IMG/VR virus record: IMGVR_UViG_3300009008_003296
Location: 13,182-77,181 of that record
Length of the DNA stretch: 64,000 nt
Strand: one strand, 5' to 3'
Source: a virus
The stretch's first letter is position 1. Every line of letters starts with the position of its first letter. The position numbers were made by a program, and so were the translations under genes. Below, one piece after another: positions 9,873-19,409 of this stretch. Under the pieces are notes generated by a model. It was not told the DNA's origin. It saw only the letters and a list, made by a program, of their open reading frames with translations, and did not search any database.

Positions 9873-10616
9873 ATGGTACCTTTATTTAAAACGCATTACA
9901 GCATAGGTAAGTCTATACTAACCGTCAATGACCCCTCTCGCCTCAAAGAGGGAAGCTCGGACAGCGTAATACAAATTGCCCTTGATAACAACCTTGACAA
10001 ACTAGTGCTTGTGGAAGATAATTTTCACGGTTTTCTCGAATCGAAGAAAAGGTGCGAAGAGCATAATATACAACTTGTGTTTGGGTTGCGTTTAAATGTT
10101 TGTAACTCCCATAGCGATGACAACAAAAAAAACCATAAAGTCATCGTGTTTGCCAAGAATGACCACGGATGCAAAAAGCTTTATAAGATACATTCATCAG
10201 CTTTTTGTGACTACAGCCAACGGCTAACATTCAAAGACTTAAAAGAGCACTGGACAAACAATTTATTGATGGCGATTCCTTTCTATGATTCGTTTTTATA
10301 TCACAATAATTTTTCTTTCAGTGAATTTATTCCTGATTTTAGTTTTTGCAAACCGCTGTTTTTCCTAGAGAACAATAAGCTTCCCTTTGACCATTTACTG
10401 CGCGCAGTTGTAGAAGAATATGCTAAAGCGCACACATATGAAACAGAAGAAGCGAAAACTATTTATTATAAAAATAGAAAAGATTTTGCAGCTTACCAGA
10501 CTTTCAAAATTATCTGCAATCGTAGCTTTAGCGGTCGCAAGTCAGACTTAACTCGACCGAATTTGGACCATTGCGGCAGCCAAGAGTTTTGTATGGAGAG
10601 CTTTTTAGAAAAATGA
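9873..10616 (+). CDS. dnaE: Stand-alone PHP domain of DNA polymerase III alpha (N-terminal part of split DnaE)
   Basis: FKTHYSIGKS, LVED.NFHGF, VFGLRL, VFAKNDHGCKKLYKI; start MVPLF at 9873 inferred. Confidence 0.78.
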   Translation: MVPLFKTHYSIGKSILTVNDPSRLKEGSSDSVIQIALDNNLDKLVLVEDNFHGFLESKKRCEEHNIQLVFGLRLNVCNSHSDDNKKNHKVIVFAKNDHGCKKLYKIHSSAFCDYSQRLTFKDLKEHWTNNLLMAIPFYDSFLYHNNFSFSEFIPDFSFCKPLFFLENNKLPFDHLLRAVVEEYAKAHTYETEEAKTIYYKNRKDFAAYQTFKIICNRSFSGRKSDLTRPNLDHCGSQEFCMESFLEK

Positions 10617-11080
10617 AAAAATTTATAATCAGTGACAACGCTCTTGAACGAGTAAAAGACCGAGCAGCAAAGCTTCCTTTGCTAAATAATTCTATCCGTC
10701 AAGGTATGGGCAGCTTGGTGGCATACATAGGCGAAGAGGTTGCTAAAAATGTTCTCAACGGGGAAATTAAAGATACCTATGATTATGATATTGTTTACCA
10801 AGGTACGAAGGTCGATGTCAAAACCAAAGAGCGTACGGTTGCGCCTAAAGCTTACTACGAATGTTCGGTCGCAGACTTCAACACAAGACAAGACTGTGAT
10901 GAATATGCTTTTGTAAGCGTTCTCCACACTCTTAAAGAAGCGTGGTATCTCGGAAAGATTAGTAAGCGTGACTTTTACAATCAAGCAGTTTTCCACCGTA
11001 AAGGAGAGGTTGATCCTGCTAACAATTTTACCTTTAAAGCAGACTGTTATAACATTCCTATAAATTTATTAAATTCATAA
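10614..11080 (+). CDS. Restriction-endonuclease-like PD-(D/E)XK protein
   Basis: GEEVA...YDYDI...VDVKT...YAFV pattern. Confidence 0.55.
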
Positions 11081-11149
11081 TGAAAAAGAAACAATACGAT
11101 ATTCTTCCGTCTCCCTGCGAAGAGGATTATATGGTATGGGTATGGTAAG

Positions 11150-11320
11150 ATGGACGACACCCCTCAACAACGATATAACAAGACCCCCAAAGGGAAAAAA
11201 GCTCGGCTTCGAGCTCAAAAAAAGTACGATATAAAAGACAAAGAAAAACGCCGTGCACAAAAAAGAGAATACATGCGCCGCAAAAGAGCAGAGAACCCTA
11301 GTTACTGTAAATGGAAATAG
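11150..11320 (+). CDS. small very basic protein (56 aa, not in ORF track)
   Basis: Manual translation MDDTPQQRYNKTPKGKKARLRAQKKY...SYCKWK; fills the gap before the tRNA. Confidence 0.55.
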   Translation: MDDTPQQRYNKTPKGKKARLRAQKKYDIKDKEKRRAQKREYMRRKRAENPSYCKWK

Positions 11321-11322
11321 TC

Positions 11323-11399
11323 GCCACCTTAGCTCAGTCCGGCAGAGCATCCGATTTGTAATCGGAAGCGCCTTGGTTCGAATCCAAGAGGTGGCTCCA
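11323..11399 (+). tRNA. trnT: tRNA-Thr (anticodon TGT), CCA encoded
   Basis: Acceptor GCCACCT/AGGTGGC, anticodon stem TCCGA/TCGGA with loop TT-TGT-AA, T arm CTTGG-TTCGAAT-CCAAG, 3' TCCA. Confidence 0.95.
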
Positions 11400-11404
11400 T
11401 CTAT

Positions 11405-11920
11405 ATGAAAGACCATACACCCACATTAAAGAAAAAATGCAAAAATTGCGGCACAGCAATAACAGTGCGGCGTTCTGACCACAACAGAGGACAGGCTCTT
11501 TTCTGTAGCCGTGCTTGTAGCGGCTACCACAATAATACGAAAAGAAAGAGCTTAGACCTAACTTGCACCATATGCGGGGGCTCATTTAAATCTAAATGCT
11601 CCCACGCTAAATACTGTAGCACCTCTTGCCGCAGACACATGTATATCTCCCGCGCAAAAAAGGATAGAGATAGAGGGAAGTATCGCTACCACCTTAGCAA
11701 AAAAATAAGAGACAAGTACGGCACACTCTCTTGTTTTATTTGTGGCTGGCAAGAAGCCACGTGCGATGTGCACCATATTGTGCCTCGCTCAAAAGGAGGG
11801 ACAGACGAAGATAGTAACATGACCGTCGTATGCCCCAACCACCACCGCATGATTCACCAAGGCAAAGTAAATGTGAATAATATTAAAACCCTAGCCCATC
11901 AATTTAAATTAAAAAAATGA
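11405..11920 (+). CDS. HNH endonuclease with N-terminal zinc-finger repeats (homing-endonuclease-like)
   Basis: Several CxxC / CSxxC motifs, then CFICG...HHIVPRSKGGTDEDSN...CPNHHRMIH. Confidence 0.88.
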   Translation: MKDHTPTLKKKCKNCGTAITVRRSDHNRGQALFCSRACSGYHNNTKRKSLDLTCTICGGSFKSKCSHAKYCSTSCRRHMYISRAKKDRDRGKYRYHLSKKIRDKYGTLSCFICGWQEATCDVHHIVPRSKGGTDEDSNMTVVCPNHHRMIHQGKVNVNNIKTLAHQFKLKK

Positions 11921-12342
11921 AAGACAAACTTTTTTTATCACCAAAGATACAAGTTAAAACTGTGGATGGTTGCCGTGGGGTTTTCTGCGTAGAAGATATT
12001 AAGAAAGGGGAGGGCGTGGAAGAAAGCGGGCTTCTCCTTCTGGAAAATAACAAATGGGAGGACTGTGACAAAGAGCTTTTAAAGTGCGCTTTCCCATGGC
12101 CAGAGTTGCGCTCAGATTGGAAGGATTTTTGCGATGAACATGGAGGCATCTTGCCTTTTCATGCTACCCGTCCAGTTTTAGTGCTTGGGTACGGTATGTT
12201 TTATCGGCGCTCCCCCTCACCTAACATTAACCATAAGATAGAAAAAAAATTATTTACTTGCAATTTTGTAGCAACATGTGATATAAAAGAAGGGGAAGAA
12301 TTGTTTTTACCTAAACCCAAAACCGAAGAAAACCATGAATGA
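11917..12342 (+). CDS. SET-domain protein (degenerate)
   Basis: GCRGVF, GYGMFY, PN, ATCDIKEGEELF. Confidence 0.72.
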   Translation: MKDKLFLSPKIQVKTVDGCRGVFCVEDIKKGEGVEESGLLLLENNKWEDCDKELLKCAFPWPELRSDWKDFCDEHGGILPFHATRPVLVLGYGMFYRRSPSPNINHKIEKKLFTCNFVATCDIKEGEELFLPKPKTEENHE

Positions 12343-12976
12343 TAATCTGTTACGATTTAAAAAAAACCAAAAGTATTTGTGTTTTGATTTTGAGACGTGC
12401 CATCTAAATCTTTTGAACTCAGACAATAAGCCATGGCAATTAGGGTATGGCATTTTCCAAGGGAAGAAGCTCATAAAAAGTTTTGATCGATTAATTAAGT
12501 GGCCTGTTTTAAACATTAGCCCCGAAGCAGCCAAGATTTGCCGTTTTAATCGTCGCCATTATGAAAAAAATGCTACAGATGCAGCAGCCATCCTTCAGGA
12601 ATTTGAAAAATATCTTTACGACCCTTCTTATTTGGTTCTTGGCCATAATTTATTAGGGTTTGATGTTTATATCCACAATATTTATCGTAAATTACTCAAA
12701 CTCAAGTCAGACTTCTCCTACGTAGACAGAATTATCGATACAAACTGCATCGCGAAAGCCGCCAAAGAAAAAATTAAAAAAAGCAAAAGCGAACCATTGA
12801 TTAATTGGCAATATAAGCTGAATGAGTTTCGCAAAAGAGGGCTAAAAACTAACCAAAAACAATTACTTAAAGACTATGATATTAAATTTGACGAAAGTAA
12901 GCTCCATGACGCTCGTTACGATATCGGAATGACATTTAAAATTTTTAACAAACTCATATGGGAGGTCGAAATATAA
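12335..12976 (+). CDS. dnaQ: DEDDh 3'-5' exonuclease, Pol III epsilon-like
   Basis: FDFET, GHNLLGFD, IDT, HDARYD; directly upstream of dnaE core. Confidence 0.82.
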   Translation: MNDNLLRFKKNQKYLCFDFETCHLNLLNSDNKPWQLGYGIFQGKKLIKSFDRLIKWPVLNISPEAAKICRFNRRHYEKNATDAAAILQEFEKYLYDPSYLVLGHNLLGFDVYIHNIYRKLLKLKSDFSYVDRIIDTNCIAKAAKEKIKKSKSEPLINWQYKLNEFRKRGLKTNQKQLLKDYDIKFDESKLHDARYDIGMTFKIFNKLIWEVEI

Positions 12977-15546
12977 TGTTTGCAGATAAGTTTACCAAAT
13001 ACGATAAGTGTGCCCCAGCTGGGGTTCTTCTCCCTAAGATTAAAATCGATAAAAAGTTTTACAAAAAACTTGGTCTCGACGAAGAAGTCGATAATCTAAG
13101 ATTCCTAAAGAAGCTTTGTTGGGAGAGTATTAAAGAGATGGGCATCAATAAATACCCCAACAAAGATCGATATTACGACAGAGCAGGAGAAGAGCTGAAA
13201 ATATTAGACGAGCTCGGATTTATTGATTATATTTTGCTTAATTGGGATATTTTAAACTATTGTCACGAACATGATATACCGACTGGTCCCGGCCGCGGAT
13301 CAGCCGCAGGTTCCCTAATACTTTATTTGCTCAAGGTTACAAAAGTAGATCCGATTAAGTACAATCTTTTCTTCGAGAGATTTGTTTCTAAAAGCCGTGC
13401 TCGCAAAATAGAGAAAGACGGTATAACTTATCTTGACGGATCTTTATTGGCTGATGTTGACAATGATATCGCTTATGATCGACGAAGCGAGGTGATTGAA
13501 TACATCAAACGTAAACACCCTTCTCGTACATGCCGAATTTTAAATTTGGTTAGCTTAAGCGGTAAGCTTTGCATCAAGGAGACCGGCAAAATTGTTGGTC
13601 TTTACACAGAGCAAGAGGTTAACGAGTTAAGCGATTTGATTCCTGTTAAATTTGGTAAGGTTTCCCCTTTGTCTGAGGCGCGCCAAGAAAGTGAGCTTTT
13701 CGACGAGTGGTGCGAGGAAAACATCAAAGTTTACGAGATAGCTCGCAAACTAGAAGGCCTTATTAAGAACACAGGTATTCATGCGTCAGGTATTGCAATT
13801 TCCCATGACCGTTTAACTGATATTTGCCCGCTCCAAAAAACTAAAGAAGGAGAGCTGACCTCTTGTTATGACATGAATTGGATTTCTGAGCTTACAGTTA
13901 AGTTTGACATATTAGGCTTGAAAACTTTAACCGTTCTAAAAGAGGCGTCACGCCTTGCTCAAATAAACTTAGAGAGCATCGACCTGAGCCAAAAAAAGCT
14001 CTACAAGCATCTACAAAACCTTGAATGCCCACAAGGGCTTTTTCAAATTGAGGCGGATACCAATTTTGGTGTTTGCAAAAAAATTAAACCTCGCAACCTA
14101 GAGGAAGTTTCGGCTGTGATCGCTATAGCGAGACCGGGCGCTCTCGAATTCAAAGATCAGTACGCCAACTATATTCGCACAGGTACCCCAGATCTAGTTC
14201 ATCCTGAATTTGCTGATATTCTAGACTCTACCGGAGGTATTCCTCTTTATCAAGAGCAACTCATGCAAATGGCGGTGAAAGTAGGGTTTACGTTGGATGA
14301 AGCTGAGCAATTGCGCCGCATTGTTGGAAAAAAGAAAGTGGACCAGATGCCCGAATGGCAGTCCAAGATTCACCAGAAGGTAGAAGAAAACCGTTTAACG
14401 AACGCATGGACAGGCCTTCGCGGAACAGAGATCGCTGATGTCCTATGGCAGGTAGCAGAAGATAGCGCTAATTATTCTTTTAACAAATCTCATTCTATTA
14501 GTTATGCCATCCTTTCCGCATGGACAACTTATCTAAAGTTCAATTATCCTCAATATTTTTATATTGCTTTGCTTAAAATGGCGAAACACGAGGCTGATCC
14601 TTTTGACCAAGTCAACAGAATAGCTCGAGAGTTAAACTACTTTAACATGAAGCTCCTACCTCCCGATTTGGCAAAATCAGAAATGGACTTTACAGTAGAA
14701 GGCAAAGATATTCGTTATGGGCTTAATTGTATTAAAGGTGTTAGCGAAAAAAGCTTACAGTCCATTGTTGACTTTAGAGCTTCGGAGATTTCTAATAAGT
14801 TTGATGTTTTTCTAGCCGCTAAAGACGCCAAAATTAACATAGGGGTGTTGTCATCGCTAATACAGGCCGGAGCACTTAGCTCTTTCGGCAATAGCCGCAG
14901 CCGCATGGCGCTTGAAGCTCAAGCATTTAATATTTTAACTGATAGAGAAAAAAGAAATTTCATAGCTCTTGGACCTAAATATAATTATGATGTTTTAAAC
15001 ATATTGGGCACAGAGGTCCTCAAAAACAAAGGCGTAGGGGACGACAACAAACCAATCATGAAAGAGAGCCGCACCCAAACCTTTCTTAAAAAATACAGAC
15101 CCTACAAACACATATACGATAAGAATAAAAGTTTTGAAAAATTTGCTAATTGGTATTTTGAAAACCAACTATTAGGCTATTCTTACACTCATACGCTCCG
15201 AGATGTCTTCAAGAACGAAACCGGCAATTTAATGAATTGTTACGAAGTGTGTTCTACAGATACCAACGAAGGTGTAAAATTTGTAGGAGTAGTAAAAGAT
15301 TGTAGTCGGCGTTTGGTTAGCAGAAACAACAACCGTTACATTCGTCTTACAATGGCAGATGAACTTGGGCGTATTGATTGTATGTTTTTTGACCCCAAGC
15401 TGGAAAAATATTTAGAAGGTAAAGGGGCACCCGAAAAAGACAATATTGTCACTATTGTAGGAAAGAAATCAGAAGATATTGTTTTTGTAGACGATATGAA
15501 TGTTTTAGATGGACGTATTTACATGAAACTGTCAGATATAAAATGA
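12976..15546 (+). CDS. dnaE: DNA polymerase III alpha catalytic core (no PHP domain)
   Basis: GPGRGSAAGS, FFERF, DVDND, HASGI, KFDILGL, YQEQLM, YSFNKSH, C-terminal OB fold; start at TAATG overlap. Confidence 0.93.
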   Translation: MFADKFTKYDKCAPAGVLLPKIKIDKKFYKKLGLDEEVDNLRFLKKLCWESIKEMGINKYPNKDRYYDRAGEELKILDELGFIDYILLNWDILNYCHEHDIPTGPGRGSAAGSLILYLLKVTKVDPIKYNLFFERFVSKSRARKIEKDGITYLDGSLLADVDNDIAYDRRSEVIEYIKRKHPSRTCRILNLVSLSGKLCIKETGKIVGLYTEQEVNELSDLIPVKFGKVSPLSEARQESELFDEWCEENIKVYEIARKLEGLIKNTGIHASGIAISHDRLTDICPLQKTKEGELTSCYDMNWISELTVKFDILGLKTLTVLKEASRLAQINLESIDLSQKKLYKHLQNLECPQGLFQIEADTNFGVCKKIKPRNLEEVSAVIAIARPGALEFKDQYANYIRTGTPDLVHPEFADILDSTGGIPLYQEQLMQMAVKVGFTLDEAEQLRRIVGKKKVDQMPEWQSKIHQKVEENRLTNAWTGLRGTEIADVLWQVAEDSANYSFNKSHSISYAILSAWTTYLKFNYPQYFYIALLKMAKHEADPFDQVNRIARELNYFNMKLLPPDLAKSEMDFTVEGKDIRYGLNCIKGVSEKSLQSIVDFRASEISNKFDVFLAAKDAKINIGVLSSLIQAGALSSFGNSRSRMALEAQAFNILTDREKRNFIALGPKYNYDVLNILGTEVLKNKGVGDDNKPIMKESRTQTFLKKYRPYKHIYDKNKSFEKFANWYFENQLLGYSYTHTLRDVFKNETGNLMNCYEVCSTDTNEGVKFVGVVKDCSRRLVSRNNNRYIRLTMADELGRIDCMFFDPKLEKYLEGKGAPEKDNIVTIVGKKSEDIVFVDDMNVLDGRIYMKLSDIK

Positions 15547-17948
15547 TTACAGAAGATATTAATTTTACCCCTCGATCACAAAAGTTGCTTCAGGCAACAA
15601 AGCGTATTGCGCTAGCTTTTCGGCATGATGAGATTTTGTTGCCCCATTTATTCGCTGCTTTTTTTGACCTTAAACAAGCTAAGTCTCTTAGTATTGCAAT
15701 TGATCTTGGGCTTGATTTAGATCAATTACGACATGTTTTGTATAATGAAATATTATCTACGCTTCCCAATCATAAGGTTGAACCTGTTGAGATAAAGCTC
15801 TCTCCCCTTATAGTATCTATTTTAAAACAGTCTACCGAAATAGCATCTGAATTTGGCCATCCTTGGGTAAGCGTGGATCACATTTTTTTATCTATTTTAG
15901 ATAATTTCGAGAAATGGCCCTCTAAGCTTCATGCTTTATTTTCTTTTAACACTACAGAGCTTTTTACGGAGATCGTTACTTATCTTTCAGACGCTCAGCT
16001 TCCTACAGCCCCCTCTTCTACAGGGGCGCCATCGCCCTTTACAGAAGGGAAATCAGACTTTAAAGTCTTAGAAAAATATGCTAATAATTTAACCGAAAAA
16101 ACACTTCAAGGTAAAACTGATCCCGTTTTCGGCAGAGAGGAAGAAACCGCAAAGGTGGAAGATATTTTAAATCGCCGTAAAAAAAATAGCGTTATCTTGT
16201 TGGGAGAGGCAGGTGTTGGAAAAACTTCTATTGTTGAGGGTTTAGTTCAGCGCATTGTGAGCGGTGAAGCACCTTTGTTTTTGCAAAATAAAATTATTTT
16301 TAGTTTAGATTTAAATACTATTGTAGCTGGAACTAAATACCGAGGAGAGTTTGAGGATCGTTTGAATAAAATTATAGAAGAGGCCAAGCATTCAAATGTG
16401 ATTTTATTTATCGACGAGATTCATACTCTTATTGGGGCCGGAGACGCTGAAGGGTCTTTAGATGCTGCCAATATCCTTAAACCTGCTCTGTCTAGTGGAG
16501 ACATTACAGTAATCGGGGCCACTACTTACACCGAATATCGTAAAAAACTTTTCAAAGACAAAGCCCTGCACCGTCGCTTTGACCAAGTCATAGTCGAAGA
16601 ACCAACCAAAGAGGAAACTTTAAAGATTTTAGACCAAAAAAAGAAAATTTACGAATCTTTTCACTATGTTTCAATCACTTCTGAGATATTGCAGGATATA
16701 GTTAACTATGCGGAGGAGTTTTTACCACAGAGCCAGTTCCCCGACAAGGCTATTGATTTACTTGATCTTATATGCAGCCATGTTAAGATAAAAAAAATTA
16801 AAAAACCACGATCCCTACGAGACCTTGAGGCGAAGTTTATTTCCAATCTGACAGAAAACAAAAATTCTGAAGAAGAACAGAATATGCTTTTTGAAAAGAT
16901 TAAGTCTGATGCCGCCAAATGGAGCGACCAACTATCTCATAAAAGGTACAAGGTTTCAAAACGCGATCTTTTTGAAATACTTTCCCGCAAAACAGGTATT
17001 CCAGCTCACGATTTTGGACAATCTGTGTCTCAAAAATATATCGGTCTTGAAAATCAGCTTAAAAAACTGGTAGTTGGACAGCCAGAAGCTATTAGCTCTA
17101 TTTCACGTTGTCTTTTACGACATAAAAGCGGGCTTCGAGACACCGCGCGCCCCATTGGTAACCTAATGTTTCTTGGCCCTACCGGCGTTGGCAAAACCTA
17201 TGTTGCAAAATGTCTGGCCAAATATTTTTTTAAAAATAAAAATAATTTTATTCACCTTGACATGTCTGAGTTTTCTGAAAGTGCTAGTGTGTCTAAGCTG
17301 ATAGGCTCTAGTCCCGGGTATGTGGGCTTTGACCAAGGGGGCGTTTTAGTAGAAAAAATTTCTCAGAACCCAAATTCAGTGGTTCTTTTTGATGAGATAG
17401 AAAAAGCTCACCCCAAAGTGCACCAAATTTTACTTCAAATCCTCGAGGAGGGGCGCCTTCACGATTCACAAGGAAGAGACGCCAACTTTCGAAATAGCAT
17501 CATTATTATTACTGGTAATATTGGCTCTCAGAAACTTATGCAAAAAGAATCTCTTGGTTTTGCAGATTCTACCGCGCAAAGCCGCGTAAGTGACGCTCGC
17601 CAAGAGCTTAAAAAAGTTTTGCCTCTTGAACTTATCAATCGATTTGATGATATTATCTTTTTCAAAGACCTGTCTGATTCCAGCCTGAAGGCTATTGTTC
17701 GCCACGAACTTCAACATCTTGTGGAGAACGCCACCAAAAGTGGCATTAATTTAGACTTTGATTCGAATATTGAGGATTTTATTGTAAATGATATTGGGGA
17801 TTCGTCTTTTGGCGCTCGCCTCATCAAGAGAGTAGTTCAAAATAAGATTACCGACAAACTTTCTTTAAAATTTATTAAAAACCCTCACATAAAAAACTAT
17901 TCGGTCCGCTATAATAAAAAGCAGGACAAAATTGATGTAAAATTTTGA
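15543..17948 (+). CDS. ClpA/ClpC-type AAA+ chaperone/unfoldase
   Basis: Clp-N repeats, GEAGVGKT, FIDEIH, PDKAIDL, GPTGVGKT, GSSPGYVG, FDEIEKAH, SLGF putative ClpP-binding loop. Confidence 0.92.
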   Translation: MITEDINFTPRSQKLLQATKRIALAFRHDEILLPHLFAAFFDLKQAKSLSIAIDLGLDLDQLRHVLYNEILSTLPNHKVEPVEIKLSPLIVSILKQSTEIASEFGHPWVSVDHIFLSILDNFEKWPSKLHALFSFNTTELFTEIVTYLSDAQLPTAPSSTGAPSPFTEGKSDFKVLEKYANNLTEKTLQGKTDPVFGREEETAKVEDILNRRKKNSVILLGEAGVGKTSIVEGLVQRIVSGEAPLFLQNKIIFSLDLNTIVAGTKYRGEFEDRLNKIIEEAKHSNVILFIDEIHTLIGAGDAEGSLDAANILKPALSSGDITVIGATTYTEYRKKLFKDKALHRRFDQVIVEEPTKEETLKILDQKKKIYESFHYVSITSEILQDIVNYAEEFLPQSQFPDKAIDLLDLICSHVKIKKIKKPRSLRDLEAKFISNLTENKNSEEEQNMLFEKIKSDAAKWSDQLSHKRYKVSKRDLFEILSRKTGIPAHDFGQSVSQKYIGLENQLKKLVVGQPEAISSISRCLLRHKSGLRDTARPIGNLMFLGPTGVGKTYVAKCLAKYFFKNKNNFIHLDMSEFSESASVSKLIGSSPGYVGFDQGGVLVEKISQNPNSVVLFDEIEKAHPKVHQILLQILEEGRLHDSQGRDANFRNSIIIITGNIGSQKLMQKESLGFADSTAQSRVSDARQELKKVLPLELINRFDDIIFFKDLSDSSLKAIVRHELQHLVENATKSGINLDFDSNIEDFIVNDIGDSSFGARLIKRVVQNKITDKLSLKFIKNPHIKNYSVRYNKKQDKIDVKF

Positions 17949-17973
17949 TTTAGAGTGTATAATATTATTAATT

Positions 17974-18171
17974 ATGGAAGCTCTAAAAGGCAAAAAGACT
18001 TATTTTACCGCTGGCGCAGCGGTTTTGACGGCTCTCGGCGCATATTTCGCTGGAGAGGTCGATCTGACGGTTACAATACAGGCCGTTTTCGCAGCATTGA
18101 TGGTAGTATTTTTACGCCAAGGGGTTACATCTGAGGCCAAAAAGGGCGCTGAAGCACCCAAGGAAGGTTAA
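17974..18171 (+). CDS. Small two-TM membrane protein, holin-like
   Basis: LKGKKTY start, two hydrophobic helices, FLRQGV and charged tail. Confidence 0.55.
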   Translation: MEALKGKKTYFTAGAAVLTALGAYFAGEVDLTVTIQAVFAALMVVFLRQGVTSEAKKGAEAPKEG

Positions 18172-18173
18172 TT

Positions 18174-18422
18174 ATGTCTGCAGGAACAAGTGGTAATTCA
18201 CCTTCTGGACCCGAGGCCACAGGTCCGGTTGATAGTCCAGACGCAACAGGCCCAGATTCAGGTTCTTGTGTAGGAGATGGCAGTGGCTCTACTGGTCCGG
18301 CTCCTGACGCAACAGGCCCAGATTCAAGCGGTGCAGCCGGAGAAACTAGTGGCCCTATCATAAGTGACGATAGAGATGCGGCAGCTGCGGCACCACGCCC
18401 CCTCCCTAGTCATAGACATTAA
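18174..18422 (+). CDS. Disordered Ser/Gly/Pro-rich protein with ATGP repeats
   Basis: EATGP, DATGP x2, STGP, TSGP in 82 aa. Confidence 0.65.
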   Translation: MSAGTSGNSPSGPEATGPVDSPDATGPDSGSCVGDGSGSTGPAPDATGPDSSGAAGETSGPIISDDRDAAAAAPRPLPSHRH

Positions 18423-18424
18423 TC

Positions 18425-18670
18425 ATGGCAGCTAACACTACACCATGTCAAGTTAACAGTGCGACAACTATTGCTGACCCGGGCTCTAATACCGATGGTT
18501 TTGGAGTCGTCACAAAAAGAAATATTTATATTGTCGCTGCTACCGCTAATTTTACAGCTAACGGTGTGGCTTGTGTACCCGGAAACGTTAATTTTTCCAA
18601 TAATCCCTTTTTGGTGACAGGGGCTGTTAGCGGGGCTACAGTTGGTACTATTTGGTATTACATTCAGTAA
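18425..18670 (+). CDS. hypothetical beta-rich protein (possibly virion)
   Basis: A/T/N/V/G-rich 81 aa in tight operon. Confidence 0.55.
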   Translation: MAANTTPCQVNSATTIADPGSNTDGFGVVTKRNIYIVAATANFTANGVACVPGNVNFSNNPFLVTGAVSGATVGTIWYYIQ

Positions 18671-18873
18671 TGCCACTGCCAACAAAGCGAACTGACGAAC
18701 CTCGCGATAAGTTTATATCTCGTTGTATGAGTGACGAGATGATGAACGCGGAATTCAAGGACCCCAAGCAGCGCGCGGCTGTTTGTAATAGTCAATTTGA
18801 GCGTCGTAAAAAAAGTAAAGGTACAGCTAGTTGGGATGATGTGCGCCAAGGAGATATTCTAGGTATTATATAA
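18670..18873 (+). CDS. conserved small phage protein (P..E....FISRCM...QRAAVC type)
   Basis: MPLPTKRTDEPRDKFISRCMSD...QRAAVCNSQFE; TAATG overlap. Confidence 0.65.
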   Translation: MPLPTKRTDEPRDKFISRCMSDEMMNAEFKDPKQRAAVCNSQFERRKKSKGTASWDDVRQGDILGII

Positions 18874-18914
18874 TTTTTACTTGACATTCTTTCTTTTCTC
18901 TATACTATTTTTAT

Positions 18915-19313
18915 ATGAGTTCGAACTTAAGTACTGAAGCGACCGGACCCGCATCTTCTAGCGGGAACGTAGGAACAGGCACAGTCGGGGAACTGAAGAC
19001 TGATTTTGCAAACTTGCTAATCAATCGAGTGACCTTGGGCGAGTGTCTAAATGTTATTCGTGATGCGTGCGTAGCTCGCGCAGGTGAGCTTGTGGATAGC
19101 GCCGATGAACCCACCCTAGAAAACATCAAAAAAGATGTAGCTGCTTTCCATGAAGCTGGCTCTGCTGGTGAAGCTGGCTCTTCCGTGGGAGATGGTAGTG
19201 ATTACCAGAGCCCTGATGCTACTGGCCCTAGTGATGCTACTGGCCCTAGTGATGCTACTGGCCCTGCAGGAGACGGATCTTCTGGCAATGTAGGTGGTCC
19301 CACCGGCCCTTAA
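18915..19313 (+). CDS. Helical core flanked by ATGP-repeat disordered arms
   Basis: EATGP, DATGP x3, PTGP; own sigma70-like promoter at 18881 and terminator at 19347. Confidence 0.7.
   Translation: MSSNLSTEATGPASSSGNVGTGTVGELKTDFANLLINRVTLGECLNVIRDACVARAGELVDSADEPTLENIKKDVAAFHEAGSAGEAGSSVGDGSDYQSPDATGPSDATGPSDATGPAGDGSSGNVGGPTGP
19214..19265 (+). repeat. 18-bp coding tandem repeat x3 (TGATGCTACTGGCCCT-AG)
   Basis: Direct read; encodes DATGPS. Confidence 0.9.
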
Positions 19314-19346
19314 CCTGTTTTTGTATAAAAAATTTGTTTTCATTTT

Positions 19347-19372
19347 AGCCACACTTTTAGTGTGGCTTTTTT
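19347..19372 (+). terminator. Rho-independent terminator
   Basis: AGCCACAC-TTTTA-GTGTGGCT followed by T run. Confidence 0.85.
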
Positions 19373-19409
19373 GTTGAATAAGGTGTGCTTTATACTATAA
19401 TCTGACACA

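Noticed and set aside
445-15546. Inteins or introns in nrdJ, recA, dnaB, dnaE
   Set aside because: Lengths and motif spacing are normal; no intein or LAGLIDADG motifs seen
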